A stretch of 45,023 nt of DNA from Trypethelium eluteriae (lineage: Eukaryota): assembly GCA_051942245.1 (NCBI GenBank), contig JAVECL010000139.1, positions 1-45,023 on the forward strand. The letters are read 5' to 3'. The position numbers were made by a program, and so were the translations under genes. Below the pieces are notes generated by a model. That model ran no database searches. It was not told the origin of the DNA and saw only the letters and a program-made list of their open reading frames with translations. Numbering within the stretch: the first letter of the stretch is position 1; every line of letters starts with the position of its first letter. This document shows, one piece after another, positions 34,128 to 45,023 of the stretch.

Positions 34128-34673
34128 TCAAGACCTCTCCTCGCGGACCTCCCCCAACGGATTGATCCTTGCTCCATCGACCTGTTCATCATCGAGACTG
34201 GGAGCCTTGGTCTGACTCACGTTTGCCTTGCCCTCCAGTGGATCAATCTTGGTGCCTTGGATGGCCTCGTCACGCCCAACGACACCTTGGTTGTTTGCGC
34301 GAGGTTCTGGGTGACGGTATTGACCTGGTCAATCGCGTATCAGCCAGAAATGAATGAAGGCCGCCAGATATGAGACTTTCTAGGGACATACCAGCACCAC
34401 CGACGGGATCGATGCGAGCTTGATCAATATTCCTGTCACTGCCTGCTGCCCCACGCGAGCTCAAGTCATGTTCCACATTGTATTTCTGTTCAGAAGCGAG
34501 TGGCTCGATCTTGCTGGCGGAAATCTTGGGTATTGTAAGCTGCTGAATTTTCAAAGATCCTTTCTCAATGCCACTCACCTTCTCGTCACTGCCTGAAGCA
34601 CCGCTGAAAAGAGCACGTTAATATATATCCTCGGTGGATCTTCTGCTCATTTCGCGAGGACCTACGAAGACAT
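34128..34673 (-). CDS. Small hydrophilic repeat protein, 120 aa. Exons 34673-34666, 34603-34579, 34524-34392, 34324-34128
   Basis: caacaATG context and three GT-AG introns give MSSGASGSDEKISASKIEPLASEQKYNVEHDLSSRGAAGSDRNIDQARIDPVGGAGQYRHPEPRANNQGVVGRDEAIQGTKIDPLEGKANVSQTKAPSLDDEQVDGARINPLGEVREERS*. It has four internal repeats spread across exons. Confidence 0.8.
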
Positions 34674-35875
34674 TGTTGGTGGATTTGATCTCAGAATTTC
34701 CGTTGCAATCAGCTGAGTTTTTAAGATCAGAAGCTTGCCTCAACGAGCATGTAATTCACTTTGACAAAGGGTGGGTCTCGTGGTGGGAAGATCACTGAAG
34801 GTGGGTTGATGCACAAGCGGTACATATTTACATCATCCATGAACATGTCGCAAATGTGACGTCGCTAAGCGGGGAACAACACCATCCTTCAGGAGGGCGC
34901 AGGAAGCTTCACTCAACCTTGAAAACATGTCTTTGCGGATAATGTTCCCGCCTGCTGGTAGCTGACTCCGACTGTTCATCGACTACTGCAGTTGGCATTC
35001 ACGTACCGCCATACTCAGCACTACGTATACACCTTGCAGGAGCAGGGTGGCAATGCTGAGCACTGGCAACTCATTGGACTGATACCTTTCTTTGGAGCAA
35101 CACTGTCTCTCAGACGGCAAGCTTTGATCTGACAAACGATCCTATATGCAAAAAACAGAACCAAGATATGGTCAAGCTGAGAACGGCTGCGGATGTCTGC
35201 TGAAGAAGGTAGTTTTCGGAATGAGCAGTTGACATAGTGTCAGCCGTTTTAAATTGAGTAGCTCTACAACGAGGTTTGGGCGACTTCCAATATTCGTTTT
35301 CATAGAGAAAGTTGATTATTAGGAGACTCAGGTAGTTGGGAAAAGATTAGTAGAGAATAGTACTGTCTTCGAGCTTCCGCACATCCAGGATGCGTGTATG
35401 GCCCGTATGCGAGAAGCCAGATGAGGACGTAATGTAAGATCAGGTAGGTCGAGTAGATACGCAAGTCTAACACGTTAGCTTACGGGTCTAGCCGAGCTCT
35501 TTAAGCTCACGGCTATCGAAGACTTTACTGTACAGAGGGGCATGAGGGGTCAAGAGTGTCTTTCTGCAAGTGCGATAGCAACGGCGGGACGAGCCGCGAT
35601 AGTGCATGTTTTGGCCAGCCCGATCTGCCCCACTATTGTAAACAAACACCTCGTGCGTGTGCTGGTTGGTGCCTTCTCGTCTTTTCACGCCTGCTACCTG
35701 CATTTCTAGCGCCAATATTCCTTATGATTTGCAGACGATACGTACCTCAGGTACCTGGCAAGTCTTCGATTCTCATGAGTGCTGTGCACCCTTGACTTCT
35801 CTTGGCTCGGGTGAGTCTGCCACGGCTGACGCTCGCCAGGGAGCAGCTTGGCTTACCAAACTCTGTTAGGTCGAT

Positions 35876-37426
35876 ATGTCAGCCGGATTCACTCCTTCTC
35901 GAAATCAAAGAAGATTGGCTTTGCGAAATACAAAGTTGCGCGCACCTTTGATACAGAGAAATGTGACCCCAAGAGCAGACCAACCAGCAAGCAGTATTCT
36001 TGCCGAGATTAACAATGTGAGCCTTCGTCGGCGACATCACCAGCAGCGACAAGTGGTCAATGAAGCATTCACAATCTATCAAGATGCTCATCCACATACG
36101 CAACATGGTACCTTATCCGACGGCTTTTCCAATGACAAAGAAAATCAAATCTCACCCGAATGCTTGCGGCTTTCGACCCCCTCACCAGTCCCGCCAGTGA
36201 CATCTCATCTTAATGTTCCTCGACTAAGGAGCCCAAGGTCGTCAAAAAGCCGGAGTACCAGTGGAAGTTACAAGGTACATATAGAGCATCTCGAGACTCA
36301 GCTACTAGCTGCCCATGGTCAGCTCGAGGATTATTCTTCTCCTAAAACAAGAAAAGCGCATTCGGTAAAACGGAGAGCATTGAGTCAGGAATGTGAGCTC
36401 TTGAGGCAGGAGCTCTCCGATGTGGAGGTAAGGTGTCAACGTCTGATTGATGAGGAGGCCGAAGGATACAAAAGGCATATAAGGAGACTAGAGAGGGACT
36501 TGGAGATCAGCGAGCAAAGACGAATGGAAGCGGATTACGACTTGGAAGAAACTAAAAAAACTTTGATGTCAGTGCAGGCCTCGCATGTGGAGCTTGAGAG
36601 GAGATTGGACTCGTGGTCAGGAATTCTTGCAAGGTCGCCCACAAAGGTTGAAATGCCGACACCAGTTCGCACGAGACCACGGCCACAGTCAATGCTTCCA
36701 CGGATTCCAACCAATCACAACCTCCAAGAGAGATCGTCACCAAAAGATTTAGCGATCTTCACGCCTACTTCTCCTATGAAGCCTCCATCGCCAACGCGAG
36801 CAGCAATTCTCCAGAAACCGGATTTGCCAAGAAAGCAGACAGCAGGCCCATCACCTTGCTCTCCAATACAAAGATCGCATTTGCCACCAGGAGAATCACT
36901 GGGCAGAAGACGAAGACGGCAGATCAATGATGGAGAGTTTGGGGAGAGAATCGAATCGGCACGGACACCGAGCCATCATCTTTCGGATGAATTAGGAATC
37001 CTGGGTTTAGGAGACGTCTTCACGAAACATTCGCAAACAACTTCCTCAACTTCGTCATCGCCATCACACGAGCATGATGATGCTGCGGCGTCGCCTTCAT
37101 GCATCTCGCCCGGTTCACCATTAGCATACAAATCAGATATACCGCTCAGCAAACCACCGCGAGTGATGCGTCGGTTCGTGAATACTGCTGGGGGGCCAAA
37201 ACCGCTTCTTCTTTCTGCTACCCTCAAGCCTGATCAACGAACAATCGAGACGCAGAAGCCGAATTCAGTCATCTTCATTCGATTATTAAAGCGCTTATCC
37301 GTTCGTGCCTTCGAATTATGCAGCGCGCCATTTGTAGCAGCACGATGGTGTCTCGCATTGTTCTTGCTTGGGCCTCTTGCATGGCGACGAGTTCTGGCAG
37401 GACCATCTATGATTTATGGCTCATGA
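35876..37426 (+). CDS. Uncharacterised coiled-coil, S/P-rich protein with hydrophobic C-terminus, 516 aa
   Basis: Long intact ORF. Heptad-like region (HIEHLETQL...VELERRLD), many SP/TP sites and C-terminal WCLALFLLGPLAWRR. Confidence 0.8.
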   Translation: MSAGFTPSRNQRRLALRNTKLRAPLIQRNVTPRADQPASSILAEINNVSLRRRHHQQRQVVNEAFTIYQDAHPHTQHGTLSDGFSNDKENQISPECLRLSTPSPVPPVTSHLNVPRLRSPRSSKSRSTSGSYKVHIEHLETQLLAAHGQLEDYSSPKTRKAHSVKRRALSQECELLRQELSDVEVRCQRLIDEEAEGYKRHIRRLERDLEISEQRRMEADYDLEETKKTLMSVQASHVELERRLDSWSGILARSPTKVEMPTPVRTRPRPQSMLPRIPTNHNLQERSSPKDLAIFTPTSPMKPPSPTRAAILQKPDLPRKQTAGPSPCSPIQRSHLPPGESLGRRRRRQINDGEFGERIESARTPSHHLSDELGILGLGDVFTKHSQTTSSTSSSPSHEHDDAAASPSCISPGSPLAYKSDIPLSKPPRVMRRFVNTAGGPKPLLLSATLKPDQRTIETQKPNSVIFIRLLKRLSVRAFELCSAPFVAARWCLALFLLGPLAWRRVLAGPSMIYGS

Positions 37427-37697
37427 ATGTACAACTAAACGAATAGAAGAGCAACGACGTAATTGATACATGATAATTGTCGGAATTATGCGAGAAAACG
37501 GTGTAGAAAGAATTTGGTTTGTAGAGAGATAATTGCCGGCGTGTGAGTTGATGGTGATGTTGTCACATCGGCGAACTTTTGACTCACCTCCGAACATCGC
37601 ATTGCAAAGCTCATGAAATTGAAACAACGAAAAAGCCTCAATTAGTCCTCCTTTTACCTCTCAGCCGTAGGCTCAGATTGCTGAAAGTTGCGTCATT

Positions 37698-39452
37698 ATG
37701 CCTGGCACTCGAGGTGCCGTTCCTGTCCCCGTAACCACGAATTCTTCCCATCCGCACGACCTCACAAGAGAAATATTATCACTGCTCGACACACGCCCAC
37801 AACTTCAGACCGCAGACGATCTCCCAGATGCCTCACAGGCAGAGGTGAAAGCTGCCTTGGACAGGCTAGCCTCACGGCAGATGATTCAGTATAATACTCG
37901 AGACTCGGAAAATATTGTGCTTACTGAGGAGGGCCAAACGATTTGCGATGAAGGAAGCCATGAATACAAGGTGTGGGAGGCGGTGAAAAGGAAGGGTCGG
38001 ATAGGGCTGAAGGAGCTTCCTGTGAGTGGTATCGCCCTCGTTGAGCGCTTAAAGCCAGATGGGCGATTGATATGCGATCACAATGGCTAGATTTCATAAG
38101 TTAAGGAAGAACGCTGACAATGTCTTGAGTAGAATGAGGTGGGCGCAGAGTCAGCAAAGATTGGTCAGGGCAACGCCTTCAAGTTAAAATGGATCAAGAA
38201 AGATGGAGATACGCTTGTACCGGTCGCGAACGAGGTTGAGGACAAGACTCGGCAGTCTCTCCTAGAGATAAATGAAAAGCGGTCACTTGAGAATACAATA
38301 ACGTTAAAAGAATTCATTAAGAGGAAGCTTGCTAAAACAAACAAGGTCATTACATATGACGTGCAAAAGGGGTCTAGATACGCAAAAGAGATTCCCGTGG
38401 AGGTCACAGATCTCACAGCAGATATGCTAGCCAGTGGTGAGTGGAAGACGGCGAACTTCAAACCATACAATTTCGAAGCTCTGGGGGCACCCCAAAACTC
38501 CGGTGCCTTACATCCCTTGAACAAAGTTCGCTCAGAGCTCCGCCAAATCTTCTTCAACCTCGGCTTCGTTGAGATGCCCACAAGTCGCTACGTAGAGTCT
38601 GGCTTCTGGAACTTCGACGCGCTCTTCGTCCCCCAACAACACCCCGCCCGCGATACACAAGATACCTTCTTCATCTCTGACCCTCCGTCCGCCGATCCAC
38701 CCCGTCCCGATCCCCCAGCCGAAGCCGCCATGGATATCATGGAAGCCCCCAGCAAACGCCTCTACGCATCCGCCTCCTCCACCTCCACTCCCTCAGCCCC
38801 CTCCAAATCCGAAGACACACGCGACTACGAGCAATACCTCTCCTCCATCCGTGCCGTGCACGAATCCGGGGCCTTCGGCTCCATCGGCTACCGCTACCCC
38901 TGGTCCCGCTCCGAATGTCTGCGCCTCGTGCTGCGGACCCACACGACCGCCGTCTCGACTTGGGCGCTGCACCGACTCGCGAGCCAGCCGCGACCCGCGC
39001 GCTACTTCAGCATCGACCGCGTCTTCCGCAACGAGACGGTCGACGCGACCCATCTCGCCGAGTTCCACCAGGTCGAGGGGGTCATCGCCGACTTCGGCCT
39101 CACCCTGGGCGGGCTGATGCGCTTCCTCGAGGACTTCTTTGCGAATCTCGGGATCACGGGGTTAAGGTTCAAGCCGGCGTATAATCCGTATACGGAGCCG
39201 AGTATGGAGGTGTTTGGGTACCATGCGGGGTTGGGGAAGTGGGTGGAGATTGGGAATAGTGGGATGTTCCGGCCGGAGATGCTGGAGCCAATGGGTTTGC
39301 CGCCTGATTTGAGGGTGTATGGGTTTGGCCTCAGTTTGGAGCGGCCGACGATGATCAAATATAAGGTGAGCAACATAAGGGATTTGTTAGGGCATAAAGT
39401 GGATTTGGGCTTCATTGAAACGAATGCGGCTGTACGGTTGGAGAAAAATTAA
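37698..39452 (+). CDS. FRS2: Cytosolic phenylalanyl-tRNA synthetase alpha subunit, 547 aa. Exons 37698-38021, 38133-39452
   Basis: GALHPLNKVR, FWNFDALFVPQQHPARD, LRTHTT, DRVFRNETVDATHLAEFHQVEG, PAYNPYTEPS and GNSGMFRPEM. 111-nt GTGAGT..GCTGAC..TAG intron. Confidence 0.97.
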
Positions 39453-39849
39453 CTTTACGGTCGAAGCATGGAAGCGAGACGATTGCGTTTGAATCGAGCA
39501 TGGCAACTGAAACGCAGATTCTACAACTGCGCGAGACCGTAGTATCGCAGCGATCCCACGGATAGCGTTCAGCCCCATCAAAAAAGAATACAGAAAATGA
39601 AGCCACGGCGAAGATAAGCAGTTGGAGATATCAATGATGAATGTATCAATCCCTCTAAAATACATATAGGGAGTCCCTTCGCCAAGGTGGTATCCTGAGC
39701 ATGTAATGAGAGACAAGGCATCTCATTACCAGATTCATCAAGTCGTAAGGTATTGTACCCTGACTACATTCCCTCTGCACCGCAGAATGCACTCAGTGTC
39801 CGCCATTCGCACCTTAGGGTGTCACCTTAGGGCAAGCAAAAGACCTTCG

Positions 39850-40534
39850 TCACGATGAACCCCCCTGCTGAGCCTCCTTCACTTCGTCCATTGCAACCGC
39901 CAGAGCAGCAACCTGTTGGCAAAAGTTAGCCATCGTAACATCATCTCCAGTCTCCTGAAAGCGAATCATCCTAGATCTTATCATAACTCACCATTATAGG
40001 ATCTGCCCCTGGTGCAACTTCCACCCCATATGTATCATTCCCCATCCACTGGATAGTGAAAAGCTTCTTTCGAATCCGCGCCACTACCACATCATTCCAC
40101 GTCACATCCACACTCCTATTCAACCAATGCCCCTGCATCAGTAACTTTACCTCTTCACCATTTCCTGCTACATTGTGAAACGTCACATCCAGTTTCGTGT
40201 GCCCAATCAGTCGCCACTCCTTCTTCACCTCAAGGAACTTCTTGCCATCGGGCGTCTCGAGGTGCCAGGTCGGGTGGATGGGATGGAAGTGCTCCTTCTT
40301 CATCACGAAGAGCTCCTGCCCGTTGGGTGTAGTGAAGATGCGCTTGTCGCCAATGGAGAACGTCTTGCCCTTGACAACGACGACATCCTGGCCGTAACCA
40401 TCCTTGATGCTGAAGTCGCCGCCGGAGAAGGAGATCTTCTCGCGAACGACCAAGTTCATGGGCTGAGGGCTGCAGCGGCGGGCGTCGAGGCCCAGCGCGG
40501 CGGGGAGGGGTTGGATCGGGGCTTCGCTTGCCAT
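39850..40534 (-). CDS. LURP-one-related / tubby C-terminal-like (DUF567) protein, 201 aa. Exons 40534-39992, 39912-39850
   Basis: LVVREKISFSGGDFSIKD, VKGKTFSIGDKR, GHWLNRS and DTYGVEVAPGADPIM|VAALAVAMDE. GTGAGT..GCTAAC..CAG intron. Confidence 0.9.
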
Positions 40535-42466
40535 TATTTAGGAGGGGTATTAGAATTAGGGTTGAGAGTACTGCTTAGAGATTGTGAAAGAGGCAATAGG
40601 AGCGAAGCGGCTACGACGCGACGAAGAGAGAGGGAGATTCAATGTCAGCCTTATAGGCAACCTTTTTGTAAACGAAACTGGACATTGATCGGGTGATCTA
40701 ATAAATGACAGAAATCAAGACAGAGGTTATTGCTATTTGTATATGTGACTACTACTGCGTGATCCCGCTGTGCCTCACAGGCGTTCGTTCAGTGCCATTT
40801 TTGGAGTGATGTGCGATACTCAGTGCTGCGGCCAGTTGTTGGAAGGCGAGTGGTTCTATCGTCGCCAAGCTCTCACAGAAGCTACTGAATGATATGCCCT
40901 CTGACGTTCTGCACAGAAAGAAGGAAAGAATACGAATCGATAGGAAAGAGCTAACCAATCTGGACTATTCAGCTTGTTGGTGACCCGAGAAGCGCATCTA
41001 CGCAGAGTAAATGGTCCGTCAGTGCAACGTTTGCCAAGGGGGGCGCAGAGGCCTAGCCACTGGCGTCATCGCCCTTCCGGTTCGCCTTTCCGACTGGTCG
41101 TCAACTGGAGCCCAAAGTACGTAAGCGTAGAAGTTCTGGTAACCCGGTGGACCCGCGCTCAGCTCCCTGAAGGATCGATGGGCCAGCAATCGATAGCAAC
41201 AACAACCGCGACCCCTTGGTGCCTGAGGCAAGCCACCCGCTATCCCGCAATTCCTTCGCTCAAGAGAGAGGCACAGCAACTTCAACTTCACTGTGAAGAG
41301 TGGAGGGGCATCGACGTCAATGGTTTGTTTTAAATACTGCAGCAATTTACTGTAAGTTCCCCAGTCCCCTGGCGGTTCGCAAATTACGTACGGCCGAGGG
41401 TTTGTTTCATGCAGGCTTCGAAGCATGAAATGTTGATCGGCACGCTCGGCATGGCCGATCGCGGCAGGTGGAGCAGCAACAGTCTTCTCACAGGCAAAGG
41501 CCACCAGGCCATGGGCGTCGAGAGAAAAGACTGGCTCCACGTTCCTGATGGCTGCGAAGTGCTCGGAACGCGCTGCGGCAGCAAAGTGATGTGAGCATGG
41601 GTCTTCGAAGACTTCACTGGTCAGCGCTGTTTGGTTCCGCTACAACGCCGTCCTACCCAAGGGGCGGCTGGCCGGCCACGACACATCCCAGGGGTCTTGA
41701 TGTTATGGATGTCATTTCCCCAAATTCTGGGCTCAGGAACGTGAGGTTTGCCTAAGGAGCGGCGGCGCGAACGACGGATGACCACGGTTGTGTGTGACGA
41801 GCCAAGTCAAACAACGTCTGTCTGTGAAAGCGCCTACAAGATTTGAGCAAGTGCCCAGAGTTCTAGATGGGTCTGGTCAAGTTTCGCCCTGGACGGAAAA
41901 CGTGGAGAGAGCGCAATGAACAAGTTGTAGGATCAGTAAGAATTTCGATGGAACTGGGGTGAGCTTGCAATTGAGCCCGGTCACTTTAATCACTTGGATA
42001 TGAAGGGATACGAAGTCTCGGAGCGGTTTGTTTCAACACCCTAAGCCGCCAGTCAGCGTGCATCCCGCAAGCCATCACACCCCGGCCCAAGTGAGATGTG
42101 CCAATAAGCAGCGGGGCTCGTGGATCGGCCATGCCATTCACTACCTGCCGTCGATCATTCGTTTATATGGAATATTTCCGGCTCGCTCCCTGCACTCTTC
42201 CTCCTTTCCTTCAAGAACCCAGACAAGTTTTTCTTCTACAAAACTTCTTTTGCTCGCCTTGCGCAGCTTTTCGCTCTCTTTCCTCACCACATTCATTCCT
42301 TTGTAGTGCTTAGGCCTACGTACATTCTCTATAGCCTCCATCTCAGAGAGGATAGCGAACGACCAGTCACTCATTCTATTATCCTGCCGGTGATCTGAGA
42401 TCCCAGACGACCACTTGTCGACAGTCCCATTTACTTTGAACAAAATCAACACGAACGACCTTCAGA

Positions 42467-43504
42467 ATGCGTGCTTCCTTGGCTTTTACCGCGGCTTTCG
42501 TCGCCGGAGCCCTTGCAGGCCCCATCGTCAAGCGTGAGGACGAGGTTACCGTCATCGATGTAGACACTACCGTCGATGTTGTTTACACCACTGTTTACGG
42601 GTCCCCATCTTCTGCTTCTGCCGCTGCAACCACCACCGAGACTCCCGCTTCTCCTCCCCAGTCTGAGCACAAATGGCAATGGGGATGGACTCGTTCCTGG
42701 ACTGTGTCATCATCTGCCCCTACCTCTACTTCGGCTCCGGCCCCGCCTCCGCCAACCACTTCTGCCGTCGCAGTGGAGTCTTCCAGCTCATCCGAGGCTG
42801 CCCCGGTCACCTCTGCTCCGGCCTCCACAGCATCCAGTGCTCCTCTCCCAACAGATTCCATGGCTAGTGCTGCCGTTGTCCGTCACAACGACCACCGTCG
42901 CAACCATACCGACACCGTTGACGTTGCCTGGGATGCTGATTTGGCTGCTACAGCCCAGGACGTCGCCAACATGTGCAACTGGACCCACGTGACGACTGCC
43001 AATGGTGGCGGCTATGGCCAGAACTACGGTGCTTCTCCAAGCGGTAGCACCATCGAGGACGCCATCGAGATGTGGTACTCTGAGACCACCATGTTCCCTG
43101 ATAGCTACTACGGCCAGCTTTCTCCTGCCAACCGTGGATGCACTGTCGAAGCCGATGGTAGCTTCAGCTGCCCAGAATACGGCCATTTCACCCAGATGAT
43201 CTGGAAGGCAAGTACCAAGATTGGCTGCGCCATTGCCGACTGCAGCGGAGGCTACGTTGGTGGCACTGACAGCGCTGCTCCTTCCGGATCAGAAGACCCC
43301 GTCTTCCAGGTTTGCAACTACTCGCCAGCTGGTAAGTCTTTTTGGATCTTGCTCTTCCGTATCTTCTAACTCTCTACAGGCAACGTCAACCCGACCCTCA
43401 CTTCTGAGCAGGAGGGTGAAGCTTCGATGCTTGCCTGGGCTTCCTCTGTTGGCTACCCAGACAACCTTGCCAAGCCCACTGGTCTTCCCCCCGTCTCTTC
43501 CTAG
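42467..43504 (+). CDS. Secreted CAP/SCP/PR-1 (Pry-like) protein, 329 aa. Exons 42467-43331, 43380-43504
   Basis: Signal peptide with KR site, S/T/P-rich linker, HNDHRRNH, WDADLA, YGQN, GHFTQMIWK, IGCA and VCNYSPAG|N. 48-nt GTAAGT..CTAAC..CAG intron. Confidence 0.93.
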
Positions 43505-44610
43505 ACGTTCGGCTGCTGAAGCTCTGCAACTGAATGCACTGCATGGGTTTGAACGGCAATTGCGGGACATGTTGCAACGAATGACCGTCTGGTCTTTCTC
43601 TTCTGCTTGATCACCTTTTTCTGCATTGTGCGAAAACCCTCCTGGCGGGAGAAGCATCACACGCAACAGCATATATTCGATTCTCTCTGGTAGCTCAGCC
43701 CGCTTCTGTACGGCGGCCGGGTGAATTATTATCTTTGTACTGTACATATTTTCCCGACAACTACTTTGTGCAGTACTGCAACCTGAAGCCACCGAATAAA
43801 TGCAGGCACGATTTACGGATGACAAAATTAGCTGACTTCATTATGCGTGACGTAAATGTGATCTTGACATCTAAACTAGAGTCGTACGCTGAACCTAGTA
43901 AATTTACGGGAGCTCATGCATGAGAACCATAATGCAGTGGATATTGCAGGCATGCATTTAATCTATTTCGTTGGCTTTAAGCTTCACCAATTAGGTAAGA
44001 TCCTAGTCGCTGTATGGGCTAAGCGGGCTTGTTAAATGACTGCTTTGGACAGGGAGTACTCGTTCAAGGAACAGAAGGGCCATGTACATCAAGGAAAACG
44101 ATGATTTAGTAACTACCTCATGGCCAAGTTCAATCTTTCATTCCTCTACTTTTCTTTCCTAATCTGGCATACCTACGCCTGCCTTCTATATCTACCATGC
44201 AAGAAAATGTTAGTAATGTTCGATGGTCTGCGAAAGGCTAATTTCAGCACTGAGATCAGTGATGTTCCATGGGAAACGCCGTGTAGCACCATCAAATTTC
44301 GTTTAGAAGACGGCTTGATATTCGATGGAAGAATGGTGAAACGCAGGGCGCTTGCTGCCGCTCGGGTTGATCCTAAATGAATCCTTCCCGAAGCGTTTGC
44401 CTCCACAGAAACATTCCTTGGCCGATAGAAAAATCCATTGGCTGGAAAAAGGAAACACTCGGCCGACCACGTCAAAGCTCTCTCATTACTCCGTGCACTA
44501 CGGAGGCTACATTTAGAAGATGAACTTGAGCTTCACAAAGTTCGCCACGCTCCTGTCGCCATCTGAGTTCTGGGCGTCCTCGTCCACAGCCAAGCTACCA
44601 AAGCATCCCC

Positions 44611-45023
44611 TCAAGGAGTTATCACAGTCACGCTGCCCGGTCGATTGGTCTCCTCTGCCACTGTGAAGGCTTTATCCCACTCCTCCAACGTAAACGTTCC
44701 CTTTACATCCACCCCATCCTTCTCTCCCAAGCCTAGTACTCCCGCTTCTACCATCTTCACCAGCTGCGCCACTGCAGGCCGCTCGTACATCCACTTCCCC
44801 TTGAGCATAATATCCTTCACCATAACCAATCTCAACGGTACCTGCACATCCTCCCTCTGCCCTCCCATCAAACTTGCTCTCCCAGCATGACGCAAACTTA
44901 AAAGCGCGCTCTTGAAGTGACTTGAATGGGACGCCGCTGGCGGCGAAATATCAAAAAACACATCTGGCTCTCCCCAAACCCCCTTCAACATCTCAGCATC
45001 CCCTTTCACATCCCCCGTAATCC
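44611..45023 (-). CDS. Medium-chain (probably zinc-dependent) alcohol dehydrogenase, C-terminal part only
   Basis: DVFFDISPP, LRHAGRASLMGG, LKGKWMYER and FTLEEWDKAF are typical of fungal MDR/ADH C-termini. The gene continues past the right edge. Confidence 0.82.
   Translation of the reverse strand, partial: ITGDVKGDAEMLKGVWGEPDVFFDISPPAASHSSHFKSALLSLRHAGRASLMGGQREDVQVPLRLVMVKDIMLKGKWMYERPAVAQLVKMVEAGVLGLGEKDGVDVKGTFTLEEWDKAFTVAEETNRPGSVTVITP

Noticed and set aside
39810..39832. CACCTTAGGG direct repeat containing TTAGGG
   Set aside because: Two non-contiguous copies in a 3' UTR; insufficient for an interstitial telomere.
41019..41540. 173-aa minus-strand ORF between the LOR and CAP genes
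   Set aside because: No recognisable motif or splice support; it lies in a divergent promoter region.

Overview
Eukaryotic DNA from a filamentous ascomycete (Pezizomycotina): compact genes with short GT-AG introns and CTRAY-type branch points. I resolve 17 protein-coding genes, with splice junctions worked out by hand. The conserved backbone is a DUF7514-like gene (partial), UGP1, a stand-alone dihydroneopterin aldolase-like gene, STI1, PHO8, a GPI-anchored protein, an Srk1/Rck2-type kinase, a DUF3405 protein, a coiled-coil protein, FRS2, a LURP-one/tubby-like protein, a CAP/PR-1 protein and a partial MDR alcohol dehydrogenase. One 4-exon 120-aa repeat protein (34128-34673) is missed by the ORF track. 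An accessory-looking block at about 11.7-23.2 kb carries two HET-6-like genes, an APH-family kinase and an orphan 4-TM protein. Within it are three co-oriented, related decamer arrays (GCNAGCYTGA), each next to the 3' side of a different accessory gene, plus a solo LTR with RIP-like changes and decayed spliced remnants. That array/cargo organisation is the best candidate for an undescribed system, but its function is inference only. Family assignments are from motif recognition, not database searches.
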